Position numbers and translations under genes: made by a program. DNA of 64,000 nucleotides from Clostridiales bacterium (GTDB taxonomy: Bacteria > Bacillota > Clostridia > Christensenellales > Borkfalkiaceae), in assembly GCA_022508265.1 (NCBI GenBank), contig JAFLVP010000003.1:39500-103499 (forward strand), read 5' to 3'. Below the pieces are notes generated by a model that was given only the letters and a program-made list of their open reading frames with translations, ran no database searches and was not told the origin of the DNA. This document shows positions 37,101-44,628 of the stretch, piece after piece (within the stretch, counting starts at the first letter, position 1; the number at the start of each line of letters is the position of its first letter).

Positions 37101-37144
37101 GGACTACCGCATGAAGGGCATGTGTAGTTGATAATTTGTGCCAT
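34115..37144 (-). CDS. Large zinc-ribbon / helical / DUF5050-like beta-propeller protein with a C-terminal 3-TM anchor
   Basis: 1009 aa. N-terminal CPSCG...CSCCQ. Residues ~330-830 carry repeated ...LY.I..DG... blades (KIYYYVGNNNNVTLYSINTDGSDKQEI). Ser-rich linker. Three C-terminal TM helices with a Lys/Arg-rich loop. Confidence 0.8.
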   Translation of the reverse strand: MAQIINYTCPSCGSPILHDAKPDKGNATDSEFCSCCQRRWTIKELENKPSSDGMSSAVIGGLPAGDALVAYADDAESALAYLENCLDTYNWDDFILTSELTIPAIDRMVDKILVKSAANPATWELQFKALSDPLLKKINGLATLEEKFFKEYVKSDDLANAFIYYDAYSFIASTISAKGSDVIKKLDNAIKYYKKYKGNPAVATQLSAQLSHLQQKIASVKPVKGYKELPGYEQAYQQKQKHISDKLSAQGINAEEIYTKAVTDYKAGADRRATLAAFTKINGYKDAEDYIKKLDAYFSFSITDGLIIRLANKYYILKEGAAPVFQLNLGNKQQAPEEAEQVDGTKHYDLYEIKDTKQEKAPVIKGITDILAHFGGYLVYIKEDKTLCTFNSNAAEAAETEVHKAGKGDFNDASGKTKYFISGTNLYITTKLKAVTQEKAGCFASLFKKKKDEVKISNRNNYALLSLNLANGTADTVIPELIDIMDKYGNQIFYTTAAKGEHGEDVEMFYSFNMDTKKVKSVLSADTQIVDVVDGKVIYFLWVPNNYNMDLYSLNLANGEKTKLDKNVYDYYATIDGKIYYYVGNNNNVTLYSINTDGSDKQEIMPNAGGLGSAVVRSGWLYVKVGSGLNAALKKISVDGKKSVVLCTQYDELIDFQDGHVYYLDTRGALRIVREDGTSNKVILSDVQELVKITRDAIYLLKREYIGVVDAGGKGAYSKSLYKVDKVGHNLTKIAFDVSNATENKYDDDELYLYKTSTVTYSVSIPTDDKGNYDTHYETRKIKSLLLYNIEKDTFKDVAVFGKPDGGSFSFQSGCLKKKTVTKDAIIKEIPNKVTYQRKGKMSAGAIGEEQIQQTEGGAPVAVAAKPASQPVRSNSSSSTSSKVLSFGMGKVTNPLHLLLISIVLYVISGLFMGLVIPRLLESYYAPVGMMITTIIGAIVLGVGYVFVLRNANAQRKAAKAEGRKADVKYTVAMVIAIIGLMACVAMLGITFGVMATCGDSASGYDGGY

Positions 37145-37213
37145 AAGTTTCTCCTTTAGTATTTTAATATATTATTTTATTTTTGTTTTTAGTATTCAAT
37201 AAGTAATTTTTTA

Positions 37214-37496
37214 AACGCTTTACGGCGCAAGGAGGGTTTTTCTCCGCCCGCGCACCCAATTTGCGAACGCTTGCGCAGAATAGCTTTTAATTTTTAAACT
37301 TCTCAAACGCTTTACGGCGCGCCCCAAAATCACACTTTTGGGGATGCGCACCCAATTTGCGCATACCTGCGCTCAAAAGAAAGGAATTGCCGTAATTCTA
37401 TGTTTGTTTGCCCTTAAAAATTGCGACAAGGGAAACATTGTTTCCCAAACCTCACGAAAATTTGCTTGCGCAGAATAGCAAGAAAATTTTGTGAAT
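37214..37496 (+). repeat. Family-1 mosaic hairpin repeat with a duplicated head module
   Basis: CGCTTTACGGCGC occurs twice (37216 and 37302). H1 variants GGAG/CTCC and CCCCAAAA/TTTTGGGG, H2 GCGCA-TACC-TGCGC, H4 GGGAAAC-ATT-GTTTCCC, H5 ...GCAGAATAG...TTTTGTGAA. Confidence 0.88.
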
Positions 37497-37499
37497 ATT

Positions 37500-37874
37500 T
37501 TACGGCCAATCCTCGCCGCCGTTGGGGGGCTTGCAGCGAATAATTCTGCGAATTCCCTTGGTTACGCCGACTATGATGCCGTATTTTTTGATTGAAAGTA
37601 TCATATACGTCGAGCAGGTGGGATGAAATCTGCACTCCTGCCTTATCGACATAGGAGCGTACGCCTTGTACATAAGCACGCAGCCGATGAGAAAACACCT
37701 GAACGGCATATAAGTTAAGGCGATTACGACAAGCAATTCTATCCAAACGCTTACGGGAAGCAGTTTGAGTCCGACAATAACGCCGAACGCCGTCCAGAAT
37801 ATTGCCAGAACACCTATTTGCAACCAAAAATAAATTATTAAGTCTTTTACGCGTACTTCGCGGATCTGTTTCAT
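37500..37874 (-). CDS. yidD: YidD-family membrane protein insertion efficiency factor with an N-terminal two-TM extension
   Basis: C-terminus ECRFHPTCSTYMILSIKKYGIIVGVTKGIRRIIRCKP is the YidD signature. 124 aa, against my recollection of ~70-85 aa for typical YidD proteins. Confidence 0.8.
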   Translation of the reverse strand: MKQIREVRVKDLIIYFWLQIGVLAIFWTAFGVIVGLKLLPVSVWIELLVVIALTYMPFRCFLIGCVLMYKAYAPMSIRQECRFHPTCSTYMILSIKKYGIIVGVTKGIRRIIRCKPPNGGEDWP

Positions 37875-37899
37875 TTAAAGTTTGCGCACGAGCGTGCCG

Positions 37900-39117
37900 T
37901 TAATTACCTTTGGTTAAATCAAGATTGCAGCTGGGGCATTTCTCCGTGCGGGGCGTGACGGGGTATCCGCACTTGGGGCAGGTTCCCGACTGCGCCGCTT
38001 GCGAGAAGCCGTACGTCTGTTGGGACTGTTGAGGCTGCTGCATAGGCTGAACGGGCTGTGCGCGATAACCGCACATCTGGCAGAACGCCGCACCGTAGGG
38101 CATGGGCGCACGGCAGTTGGGGCAGAACGAAGCCGCTCCGCCGTACATAGGCTGCTGTCCGTAGTAGGGGTTCACGGGGGGGACGGGAGGAACTGCGCCG
38201 GGATACATATTGGGATAGGGATATCCGCCGTGCATATAACCGCCGCCCGCCGCCATATTCTGCTGGGTCTTCCAATACTGTTCGTCCTGATATGTATAGC
38301 CCTGCATTTCGCGCTCTTTTGCCTTTGCCTCCGCCATTCTTACCGTACGGTTATATTCGGCGGTAGTCATCGCATCCGAATCGAGCACGACGTCGTTTCT
38401 TGCGTTGATTTTGTTTTGTCTTACCAAAAGTCTGCCCTTTGAAGCGTCGTCGACAGAAATCTCTACGATATTGAAGTGACGGACGCCCAAGCCGTAATCG
38501 GAAAGCTTTTGGTTGAGTTTTGCCGCTACCAAGTCGGACAGGTCCTCGAGCTTTGTATTGATTTCCAAAAGGCTGACGTTGTTTTCCACTATTGCGGTTG
38601 CGAAATTGGTCTTTAACACCGTTAAAATATCCGCGCGCACGGTTGCGGCAACGCGTTCAACCGAGTATTCGCCCATGCGGCCGACCAAGTTTACAACGAA
38701 CTGCATTGCGTCCACAACCTGTATATTTACGCTGCCGTTTGAACCGACTTCTACGAGCTCGTTATAGAGGGGGTCCTTAACCATTATGCGGTTGGGCGTA
38801 CCCCAAGCTACGGGGACGTCGTTTGACATATTTACAAAGAATACGTCACAGTCGAAGGGAACGCCTGGAATTTCTTTGTTGCGGCTGAAGAGTTTTTTGA
38901 AAAAAGCGCGGAATTTAGAGATATTGTTGGTGGGCAGCACGTGTTTACCCGCAGTGAAGGGACCCTCCGCCGCGCCGTCCTTGTATATTATGGCGTGTTG
39001 AGAGGGCTCGACGATGAGTACGCTGTCGTTTTTGAAATCGGTAATTTTGGTTTTGTATATAATTTCGCGATTGTCGCTACCTACGCTCTGAATAACGTTG
39101 TAAACGGGTTCTGCCAT
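37900..39117 (-). CDS. SPFH-domain protein of the YdjI/COG4260 type with a Pro/Gln/Tyr-rich linker and two C-terminal zinc ribbons
   Basis: 405 aa. The N-terminal ~270 aa resemble the YdjI-like SPFH fold (VIQSVGSD...IVEPSQHAIIYKDG...). C-terminus has CPNC..CQMCG and CPKCG..CPSC. Confidence 0.75.
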   Translation of the reverse strand: MAEPVYNVIQSVGSDNREIIYKTKITDFKNDSVLIVEPSQHAIIYKDGAAEGPFTAGKHVLPTNNISKFRAFFKKLFSRNKEIPGVPFDCDVFFVNMSNDVPVAWGTPNRIMVKDPLYNELVEVGSNGSVNIQVVDAMQFVVNLVGRMGEYSVERVAATVRADILTVLKTNFATAIVENNVSLLEINTKLEDLSDLVAAKLNQKLSDYGLGVRHFNIVEISVDDASKGRLLVRQNKINARNDVVLDSDAMTTAEYNRTVRMAEAKAKEREMQGYTYQDEQYWKTQQNMAAGGGYMHGGYPYPNMYPGAVPPVPPVNPYYGQQPMYGGAASFCPNCRAPMPYGAAFCQMCGYRAQPVQPMQQPQQSQQTYGFSQAAQSGTCPKCGYPVTPRTEKCPSCNLDLTKGN

Positions 39118-39147
39118 AATACTCTTCCTTTTTAGTGTGTTTTCATA

Positions 39148-39177
39148 ATTATATCACACGCATTTCATCAAATGCAA
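39148..39177 (-). promoter_or_regulatory. Sigma-70-type promoter with extended -10 for the SPFH/yidD unit
   Basis: Minus strand: TTGCAT, 18 nt spacer, TGaTATAAT. Confidence 0.6.
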
Positions 39178-39261
39178 CATTATGAATAATTTAATTTCGT
39201 AAATTTATAAATATACAAAGAAAATTTGCTTCGGCGTTATACGGTAATTTTTAATGCTATG

Positions 39262-39298
39262 TAAAAAAGTAAAATTGCACCCTTAGAGGGTGCAATTT
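39262..39298 (-). terminator. Intrinsic terminator ending the alpha operon after rplQ
   Basis: Minus strand: AAATTGCACCC-TCTAA-GGGTGCAATTT followed by TACTTTTTTAC. Confidence 0.85.
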
Positions 39299-39304
39299 AT
39301 TACT

Positions 39305-39811
39305 TTATACTAATTCTATTATGGCTTCTTCTGCGTTGTCGCCGCGACGCGCACCCAGAGTATAAATTCTGGTGTAACCGCCGCCCTGACCCTTCTCTTC
39401 GGCACGCTGTGCGTACTTGGGAGCAATCTCGTTGAAGAGCTTTTCCATAAGGGGATGCTGAATATCTTCAGTTCTTGCCTTAAACGCCTTTTTGCTTTCC
39501 GTAAAGGGCTTAACTTCCTGTAAGTCACGAAGCTTGCTCATAAGCTCACGGCGAACCGCAAGCTTGCGGGGGCTGTCTTTAACGCCCTTTACCGTGATTT
39601 CCTTACCCTTTTTGTCGGTGGTCTTTTCGTCGTATTCAACGTTGTCGTCGTAGACCTTAATAGCTTTGGTAATTATCTTTTCAACGTAGGGCTGAAGCTC
39701 TTTGGCCTTTGCCTTGGTGGTTGTGATTTTGCCGTACCACAGAAGCTCGGACGCCTGATTTCTCAAAAGTGCAACTCTCTCTTCTGCCGTTCTTCCCAAT
39801 TTGCCGGGCAT
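39305..39811 (-). CDS. rplQ: 50S ribosomal protein L17 (with a ~45-aa internal insertion)
   Basis: 168 aa. Conserved ends (LGRTAEERVALLRNQ...; GGYTRIYTLGARRGDNAEEAIIELV). Last gene after rpoA. Confidence 0.95.
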   Translation of the reverse strand: MPGKLGRTAEERVALLRNQASELLWYGKITTTKAKAKELQPYVEKIITKAIKVYDDNVEYDEKTTDKKGKEITVKGVKDSPRKLAVRRELMSKLRDLQEVKPFTESKKAFKARTEDIQHPLMEKLFNEIAPKYAQRAEEKGQGGGYTRIYTLGARRGDNAEEAIIELV

Positions 39812-39814
39812 ATG

Positions 39815-40768
39815 TTAGTCCTCCTTGTTTGAAAGTGAAAGTCCGTAAGATTCGAGCTTTAAGATGACTTCGTCAAGCGACTTCTTGCCGAGGTTTCTGA
39901 CTTTAAGCATTTCGTCTTCGGTTTTCTTGGTTAAATCTTCTACGGTGTGAATATTTGCGCGCTTCAAGCAGTTGTAGGAACGAACCGAGAGGTCCATTTC
40001 CTCGATTGCCATTGCAAGAATTTTCGCCTGCTTGTCGTCCTCGTTCTTTACGAGTATGTCCATATCTCTTATGGAGTCGGACAAATCGACGAAGAGCGAA
40101 ATATGGTCCTGCATAATTTTTGCTGCCAAAGATACGATTTCTTTTGCGCTGAACGCGCCGTTCGTCCACACTTCGAGCGTGAGTTTGTCGTAGTCGGTGT
40201 TCTGACCTACGCGGGTATTTTCAACCGAGTAGTTTACTTTTTTGACGGGTGTGTAGATGCTGTCGATGGGGATATAGTCAAGTAGCTCCGTGCGGGTGTG
40301 GTCAGCGCCCTTGTAGCCTCTGCCGCGTCCGATTGTAATTTCCATATCAATCTTGCCGCCTGCGTCTACCGTGCAGATGTGCTGGTCGCCGTTGATAATT
40401 TCAATCTCGGCGTCCTCGGATATATCCTTTGCCTTGACCTCGCAAGGTCCTTCTTTGTAGAGATGAACTTTCTTTTCGTAATCCTTATCGGTTACCGTCG
40501 TCTTTATTGCAAGCGACTTTAAGTTGAGAATAATTTCCGTTACGTCCTCTTTGACGCCTGCGAGTGCCGAAAATTCGTGTTTTACAGTGCCGTCTAAAAA
40601 TCTTATGCCCTGTGCCGCCGCTCCGGGGAGTGCCGACAAGAGTATTCTTCTAAGGCAGTTGCCTATTGTAAGACCGAAGCCCTTTTCAAGCGGATCTACG
40701 ATTACCTTCGCATAAGCGCGGTCGTCGCTTTCCAAAACTTCTATTTTGGGCATATCCATTTCGATCAT
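39815..40768 (-). CDS. rpoA: DNA-directed RNA polymerase subunit alpha
   Basis: 317 aa. [17 protein letters not shown]-terminal domain has [14 protein letters not shown]. Confidence 0.97.
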   Translation of the reverse strand: MIEMDMPKIEVLESDDRAYAKVIVDPLEKGFGLTIGNCLRRILLSALPGAAAQGIRFLDGTVKHEFSALAGVKEDVTEIILNLKSLAIKTTVTDKDYEKKVHLYKEGPCEVKAKDISEDAEIEIINGDQHICTVDAGGKIDMEITIGRGRGYKGADHTRTELLDYIPIDSIYTPVKKVNYSVENTRVGQNTDYDKLTLEVWTNGAFSAKEIVSLAAKIMQDHISLFVDLSDSIRDMDILVKNEDDKQAKILAMAIEEMDLSVRSYNCLKRANIHTVEDLTKKTEDEMLKVRNLGKKSLDEVILKLESYGLSLSNKED

Positions 40769-40792
40769 ATAACTTCCTCCTTTTTCCGATTA

Positions 40793-41416
40793 TTACTTGG
40801 AGTACAGTTCGACAATCATATGCTCGGAAATCTGACTGTCTATATCGTCCCTTTCGGGCAATGCCAATATCTTTCCCTCTAACTTTCCGTTGTCAAACTC
40901 AAGCCACTTGGGCAAATTTCCACCCTTGCTTGCCTTGAGCTCTTCGAAAAACTTGTTGGAATTTTTGCTTTCTTTTACGGTGACTGTATCGCCGACCTTA
41001 ATGATGTATGAAGGAATATTTACCTTTCTTCCGTTTACGAGGAAGTGACCGTGGTTGACAAGCTGTCTTGCCTGAGCACGGCTGACGCCTATACCCATAC
41101 GGTAAATGACGTTATCGAGCCTGCGCTCCAAAAGCGAAAGCATATTTTCACCGGTAATGCCTTTCATTCTGTCGGCTTTCTCGTAGTAGGAACGGAACTG
41201 CCCCTCCTGCACGCCGTAAATTCTCTTGACCTTCTGCTTTTCGCGAAGCTGCTGACCGTATTCGGACACCTTTTTTCTTGCAAGTCCGTGCTGACCGGGA
41301 GCCATGGGTCTCTTTTCAAACGGGCATTTGCCGTTGTAACATTTTTCGCCTTTCAAAAACAGCTTTCCGCCCTCTCTTCTGCAAAGGCGGCATTTTGCCT
41401 CTCTATAAGTTGCCAT
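40793..41416 (-). CDS. rpsD: 30S ribosomal protein S4 (Cys4 zinc-finger form)
   Basis: 207 aa. CRLCRREG...CYNGKCP N-terminus plus an S4 RNA-binding domain. Confidence 0.97.
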   Translation of the reverse strand: MATYREAKCRLCRREGGKLFLKGEKCYNGKCPFEKRPMAPGQHGLARKKVSEYGQQLREKQKVKRIYGVQEGQFRSYYEKADRMKGITGENMLSLLERRLDNVIYRMGIGVSRAQARQLVNHGHFLVNGRKVNIPSYIIKVGDTVTVKESKNSNKFFEELKASKGGNLPKWLEFDNGKLEGKILALPERDDIDSQISEHMIVELYSK

Positions 41417-41430
41417 ACTTTTTTACCTCC

Positions 41431-41835
41431 TTATACTCTGCGGCGTTTAGGCGGTCTGCATCCGTTGTGAGGGATGGGGGATACGTCGGAAATGAGCGTA
41501 ATCTCAACCTCGCACGCGCCTATTGCACGAATAGCCGACTCTCTGCCCGCGCCGGGACCTTTTACGTAAACCTCAGCCGAGCGAAGCCCGTGAGCTTTAG
41601 CTGCGTTTACAGCCGTTTCGGTTGCCTGCTGCGCTGCAAAGGGGGTGCCTTTTCTCGAACCCTTGAAGCCGAGGCTTCCTGCGGACGACCAGCTTATTGC
41701 ATTGCCCTGCAAGTCGGTTACGGTTACGAGAGTGTTATTGAAAGAGGACTGAATATGAACCTGACCTCTGTCAACCTTTTTGAGTTCTCTTTTCTTTCTT
41801 GTTACTGTCTTAGTCTGTTTTTTAGCCTGTGCCAT
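41431..41835 (-). CDS. rpsK: 30S ribosomal protein S11
   Basis: 134 aa. [15 protein letters not shown]...[11 protein letters not shown]. Confidence 0.97.
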   Translation of the reverse strand: MAQAKKQTKTVTRKKRELKKVDRGQVHIQSSFNNTLVTVTDLQGNAISWSSAGSLGFKGSRKGTPFAAQQATETAVNAAKAHGLRSAEVYVKGPGAGRESAIRAIGACEVEITLISDVSPIPHNGCRPPKRRRV

Positions 41836-41846
41836 TATAGTCCTCC

Positions 41847-42221
41847 TTACTTAGCGCCCTTCTTCTTGGCTACCGTACGGCGAGGTCCTTTTCTCGTCCT
41901 CGCGTTGGTCTTGGTGGACTGACCGCGCACGGGAAGTCCCTTTCTGTGACGGATTCCGCGATAGCAGCCTATTTCCATAAGTCTTTTAATGTTGAGCGAA
42001 ACTTCACTGCGAAGCTCACCCTCCACTCTTAAATTGTGGTCGATGTATTCTCTCAATTTGGATACGGTGGTTTCATCGAGGTCCTTAACTCTCGTGTCGG
42101 GGTCAACGCCCGTAGCTGCGAGAATTTTCTGGGAAGTCTTTAAACCTATTCCGTAGATATAAGTCAAGCCTATTTCAACCCTTTTCTCTCTGGGTAAATC
42201 TACGCCGGCAATACGTGCCAT
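41847..42221 (-). CDS. rpsM: 30S ribosomal protein S13
   Basis: 124 aa. [26 protein letters not shown]. Confidence 0.97.
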   Translation of the reverse strand: MARIAGVDLPREKRVEIGLTYIYGIGLKTSQKILAATGVDPDTRVKDLDETTVSKLREYIDHNLRVEGELRSEVSLNIKRLMEIGCYRGIRHRKGLPVRGQSTKTNARTRKGPRRTVAKKKGAK

Positions 42222-42391
42222 AAATTTGATTCCTCCGTTAAAATTTTAAAAAATAGAATATGTTATATAAACCGTTTGGCGTCCGTCTTAAAAGTGGAAT
42301 GTAGACGGATTAGCCAAAAGGGATTGTTTTCAAAGCACAATAAAGCATTTTAAAACGCAGAGAAGCAAGCAGACGCTCACTTCCGCAAGTC

Positions 42392-42515
42392 TAAAACACA
42401 GAGAGGCAAGCAAGACAAGGAGCGCGCGGATATGTCGACGGGAGCGTACACAGAAGTACGTGACCGAGACATAACGCAAGCGCGACACCGTATTGCGACG
42501 CCTATATGTGTTTTA
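42392..42515 (+). repeat. Family-2 long imperfect palindromic element (rpmJ-rpsM spacer)
   Basis: TAAAACACAGAGAGGCAAGCAAGAC...ATGTCGACGGGAGCGTAC-ACAGAA-GTACGTGACCGAGACAT...GTATTGCGACGCCTATATGTGTTTTA. The last 3 nt are the rpmJ stop codon. Confidence 0.85.
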
Positions 42516-42629
42516 TCCCTGGCGTTGCTTGTGGGACTTGTTTTTAGAACAAATCACCATAACTTTGCCGTTTCTTTTGATAACCTTGCATTTGTCGCAC
42601 ATAGGTTTTACAGAAGGTCTTACTTTCAT
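42513..42629 (-). CDS. rpmJ: 50S ribosomal protein L36 (38 aa, below the ORF-track cut-off)
   Basis: Own translation: [49 protein letters not shown]. Between infA and rpsM as expected. Confidence 0.93.
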   Translation of the reverse strand: MKVRPSVKPMCDKCKVIKRNGKVMVICSKNKSHKQRQG

Positions 42630-42693
42630 AACTTTCTCCTAATTTCTTTACGCGCTCTCGCGCGGGAATTTGCTTGTGACTAATTATTCGTAA

Positions 42694-42915
42694 TCAGTTC
42701 TTGCTGCGCCAGGTAATTCTGCCCTTGGTAAGATCGTACGGGCTTATTTCAAGCTTGACGTTGTCGCCCTCTATAATTCTGATATAGTTGAGACGAAGCT
42801 TGCCCGAAATGTACGCCGTTATGATATGGCCGTTGGTAAGTTTAACCTTGAACGTTGCATTGGGAAGGCACTCTATTACCTTGCCCTCTGTTTCAATTAC
42901 GTCGTCTTTAGACAT
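42694..42915 (-). CDS. infA: Translation initiation factor IF-1
   Basis: 73 aa. [26 protein letters not shown]... Confidence 0.97.
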   Translation of the reverse strand: MSKDDVIETEGKVIECLPNATFKVKLTNGHIITAYISGKLRLNYIRIIEGDNVKLEISPYDLTKGRITWRSKN

Positions 42916-42925
42916 AGAACTCCTT

Positions 42926-43225
42926 TTATTTTTCCGCGTCCGCGGATTTAATATTGAACCTTTTGAGTGCGGAAATTACCTCCGCGTCGTAAACCTTGAC
43001 CCCTTTTGAGAGCTTTTCCGCAATTTCTTCATTTTTTTCGGGAAGCAGGTACAGATGCTTTAAATTTTTGCGCTTGGGTGCGGAAACCTTTTTATACTTT
43101 CCGTCCACAACAAGGACAAATTCGCCGTCTATTAAAAAGATTAAATAGTATTTGTCCTTATCTCTGCCCTGTGTGCTCTTGCAGACGCCCCCCAAAACGG
43201 GAGTTTTATTCTTCATATATTTCAC
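42926..43225 (-). CDS. KOW-domain-like small RNA-binding protein commonly found between map and infA in Clostridia
   Basis: 99 aa. [19 protein letters not shown]... Positional conservation supports the call. Function unknown. Confidence 0.65.
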   Translation of the reverse strand: MKYMKNKTPVLGGVCKSTQGRDKDKYYLIFLIDGEFVLVVDGKYKKVSAPKRKNLKHLYLLPEKNEEIAEKLSKGVKVYDAEVISALKRFNIKSADAEK

Positions 43226-43239
43226 TTAATATATTTCAC

Positions 43240-43986
43240 TTAAAGAGTTAATATTTCAACGCCGTCCTCTGTGATAAGTACGGTGTTCTCGTAGTGCGCC
43301 GCACATTTGCCGTCGGCGGTCGTAACCGTCCAGCCGTCGTTATTATCCATCAGGACTCTGTATGTACCGAGGGTAATCATCGGCTCTATGCAGATTGTCA
43401 TACCCGCTTTAAGCCGCATACCTGTGCCCCTCTTGCCGTAGTTGGGAACGCCGGGGTCCTCGTGCATACTTCTGCCTATTCCGTGACCCGTGAGCGCACG
43501 GACGACTCCGTAGCCGTGGCTTTCCGCATGCGTCTGAACGGCGTAGCCTATATCGTAGAGGTGCGAGCCTGCCCGCAGACCTTCGATTGCCTTGAAAAAG
43601 CACTCCTCGGTAACTTTTACAAGCTTTTTCCTCTCCTCGGACACGTTGCCGATAAGAAAGGTTCTTGCCGCGTCGCCGTGGAAGCCGTTCTTTTCAGCCG
43701 TTATATCCACGCTGACTATGTCGCCGTCCAAAATAACTCTGTCGCCGGGAATTCCGTGTACCACGACCTCGTTTACGGATACGCACGAGCTTGCGGGATA
43801 GCCTTCAAAGCCGAGTTCGGAGGGATAGGCGCCGCAGGAGATAATATACTTGTAGACGAGATCGTCCACTTCCTTCGTAGTCATCCCCGCGTGTATCCTG
43901 CTACCCACAAAGTCAAGCGTTTCCTTGACTATGCGGCAGCTTTCACGCATAAACTCAATTTCCTTGGGAGTCTTTACGGTAATCAT
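43240..43986 (-). CDS. map: Type I methionine aminopeptidase
   Basis: 248 aa with metal ligands in the usual context (VVHGIPG, DIVSVDI, GHGIG, ICIEP, ENTV). Confidence 0.96.
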   Translation of the reverse strand: MITVKTPKEIEFMRESCRIVKETLDFVGSRIHAGMTTKEVDDLVYKYIISCGAYPSELGFEGYPASSCVSVNEVVVHGIPGDRVILDGDIVSVDITAEKNGFHGDAARTFLIGNVSEERKKLVKVTEECFFKAIEGLRAGSHLYDIGYAVQTHAESHGYGVVRALTGHGIGRSMHEDPGVPNYGKRGTGMRLKAGMTICIEPMITLGTYRVLMDNNDGWTVTTADGKCAAHYENTVLITEDGVEILTL

Positions 43987-44609
43987 TGTTTATCTAAAAT
44001 TTCCTCAATCTGCGCGAACACTTCGTCCGGACTGCCCTCGCCGCTCTTTACGCATTTAAGCTTGCCCTGCGCCTTGTAGTACCCGATAAGGGGCGCGGTC
44101 TGACTGTTGTAGGTGTCAAGCCTTGCCTTGACCGTTTCGGGATTGTCGTCTGCACGCCGATAGAGCGCGCCGCCGCACTTTGCGCAAGCGGTTGCGCCGC
44201 CCAGCGTAGAGACGTGATAGCTCTGTCCGCAGGAGCACACCCTTCTTCCGCAAATTCTGTCCATAAGAAGTTTTTCGTCAACTTCTATGTTGAGACAGAG
44301 GTCAATTTGCGCAAATTTATCCAGCCTCTCCGCCTGAAAGATATTGCGGGGAAAGCCGTCGAGCATATATCCGCCCTTAACGTCGTCCTTTTGCAATCTG
44401 TCCTCTACGATGTCGCAAGTGACTTCGTCGGGAACGAGCTTGCCCGCGTCGATATAAGATTTGGCAAGCTTGCCAATCTCGGTTCCGCCCTTTATGTTGG
44501 CACGGAAAATATCGCCCGTGGAGATGTGCAGGACATTGTATTTCTGCGCAATTTTACTTGCCTGCGTGCCCTTGCCTGCGCCGGGTGCGCCCAAAAGAAT
44601 TATGTTCAC
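43983..44609 (-). CDS. adk: Adenylate kinase (Cys4 zinc lid)
   Basis: 208 aa. GAPGAGKGTQ P-loop. Lid has CSCG...CAKCG. Confidence 0.97.
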   Translation of the reverse strand: MNIILLGAPGAGKGTQASKIAQKYNVLHISTGDIFRANIKGGTEIGKLAKSYIDAGKLVPDEVTCDIVEDRLQKDDVKGGYMLDGFPRNIFQAERLDKFAQIDLCLNIEVDEKLLMDRICGRRVCSCGQSYHVSTLGGATACAKCGGALYRRADDNPETVKARLDTYNSQTAPLIGYYKAQGKLKCVKSGEGSPDEVFAQIEEILDKQ

Positions 44610-44628
44610 TTATATTTCCCTGTCTTTC

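Noticed and set aside
42513-42629. Apparent frameshift in the A-run of rpmJ (...TCTAAAAAC...)
   Set aside because: On recounting, the run is A5. The frame is intact and ends with the canonical ...KSHKQRQG stop.
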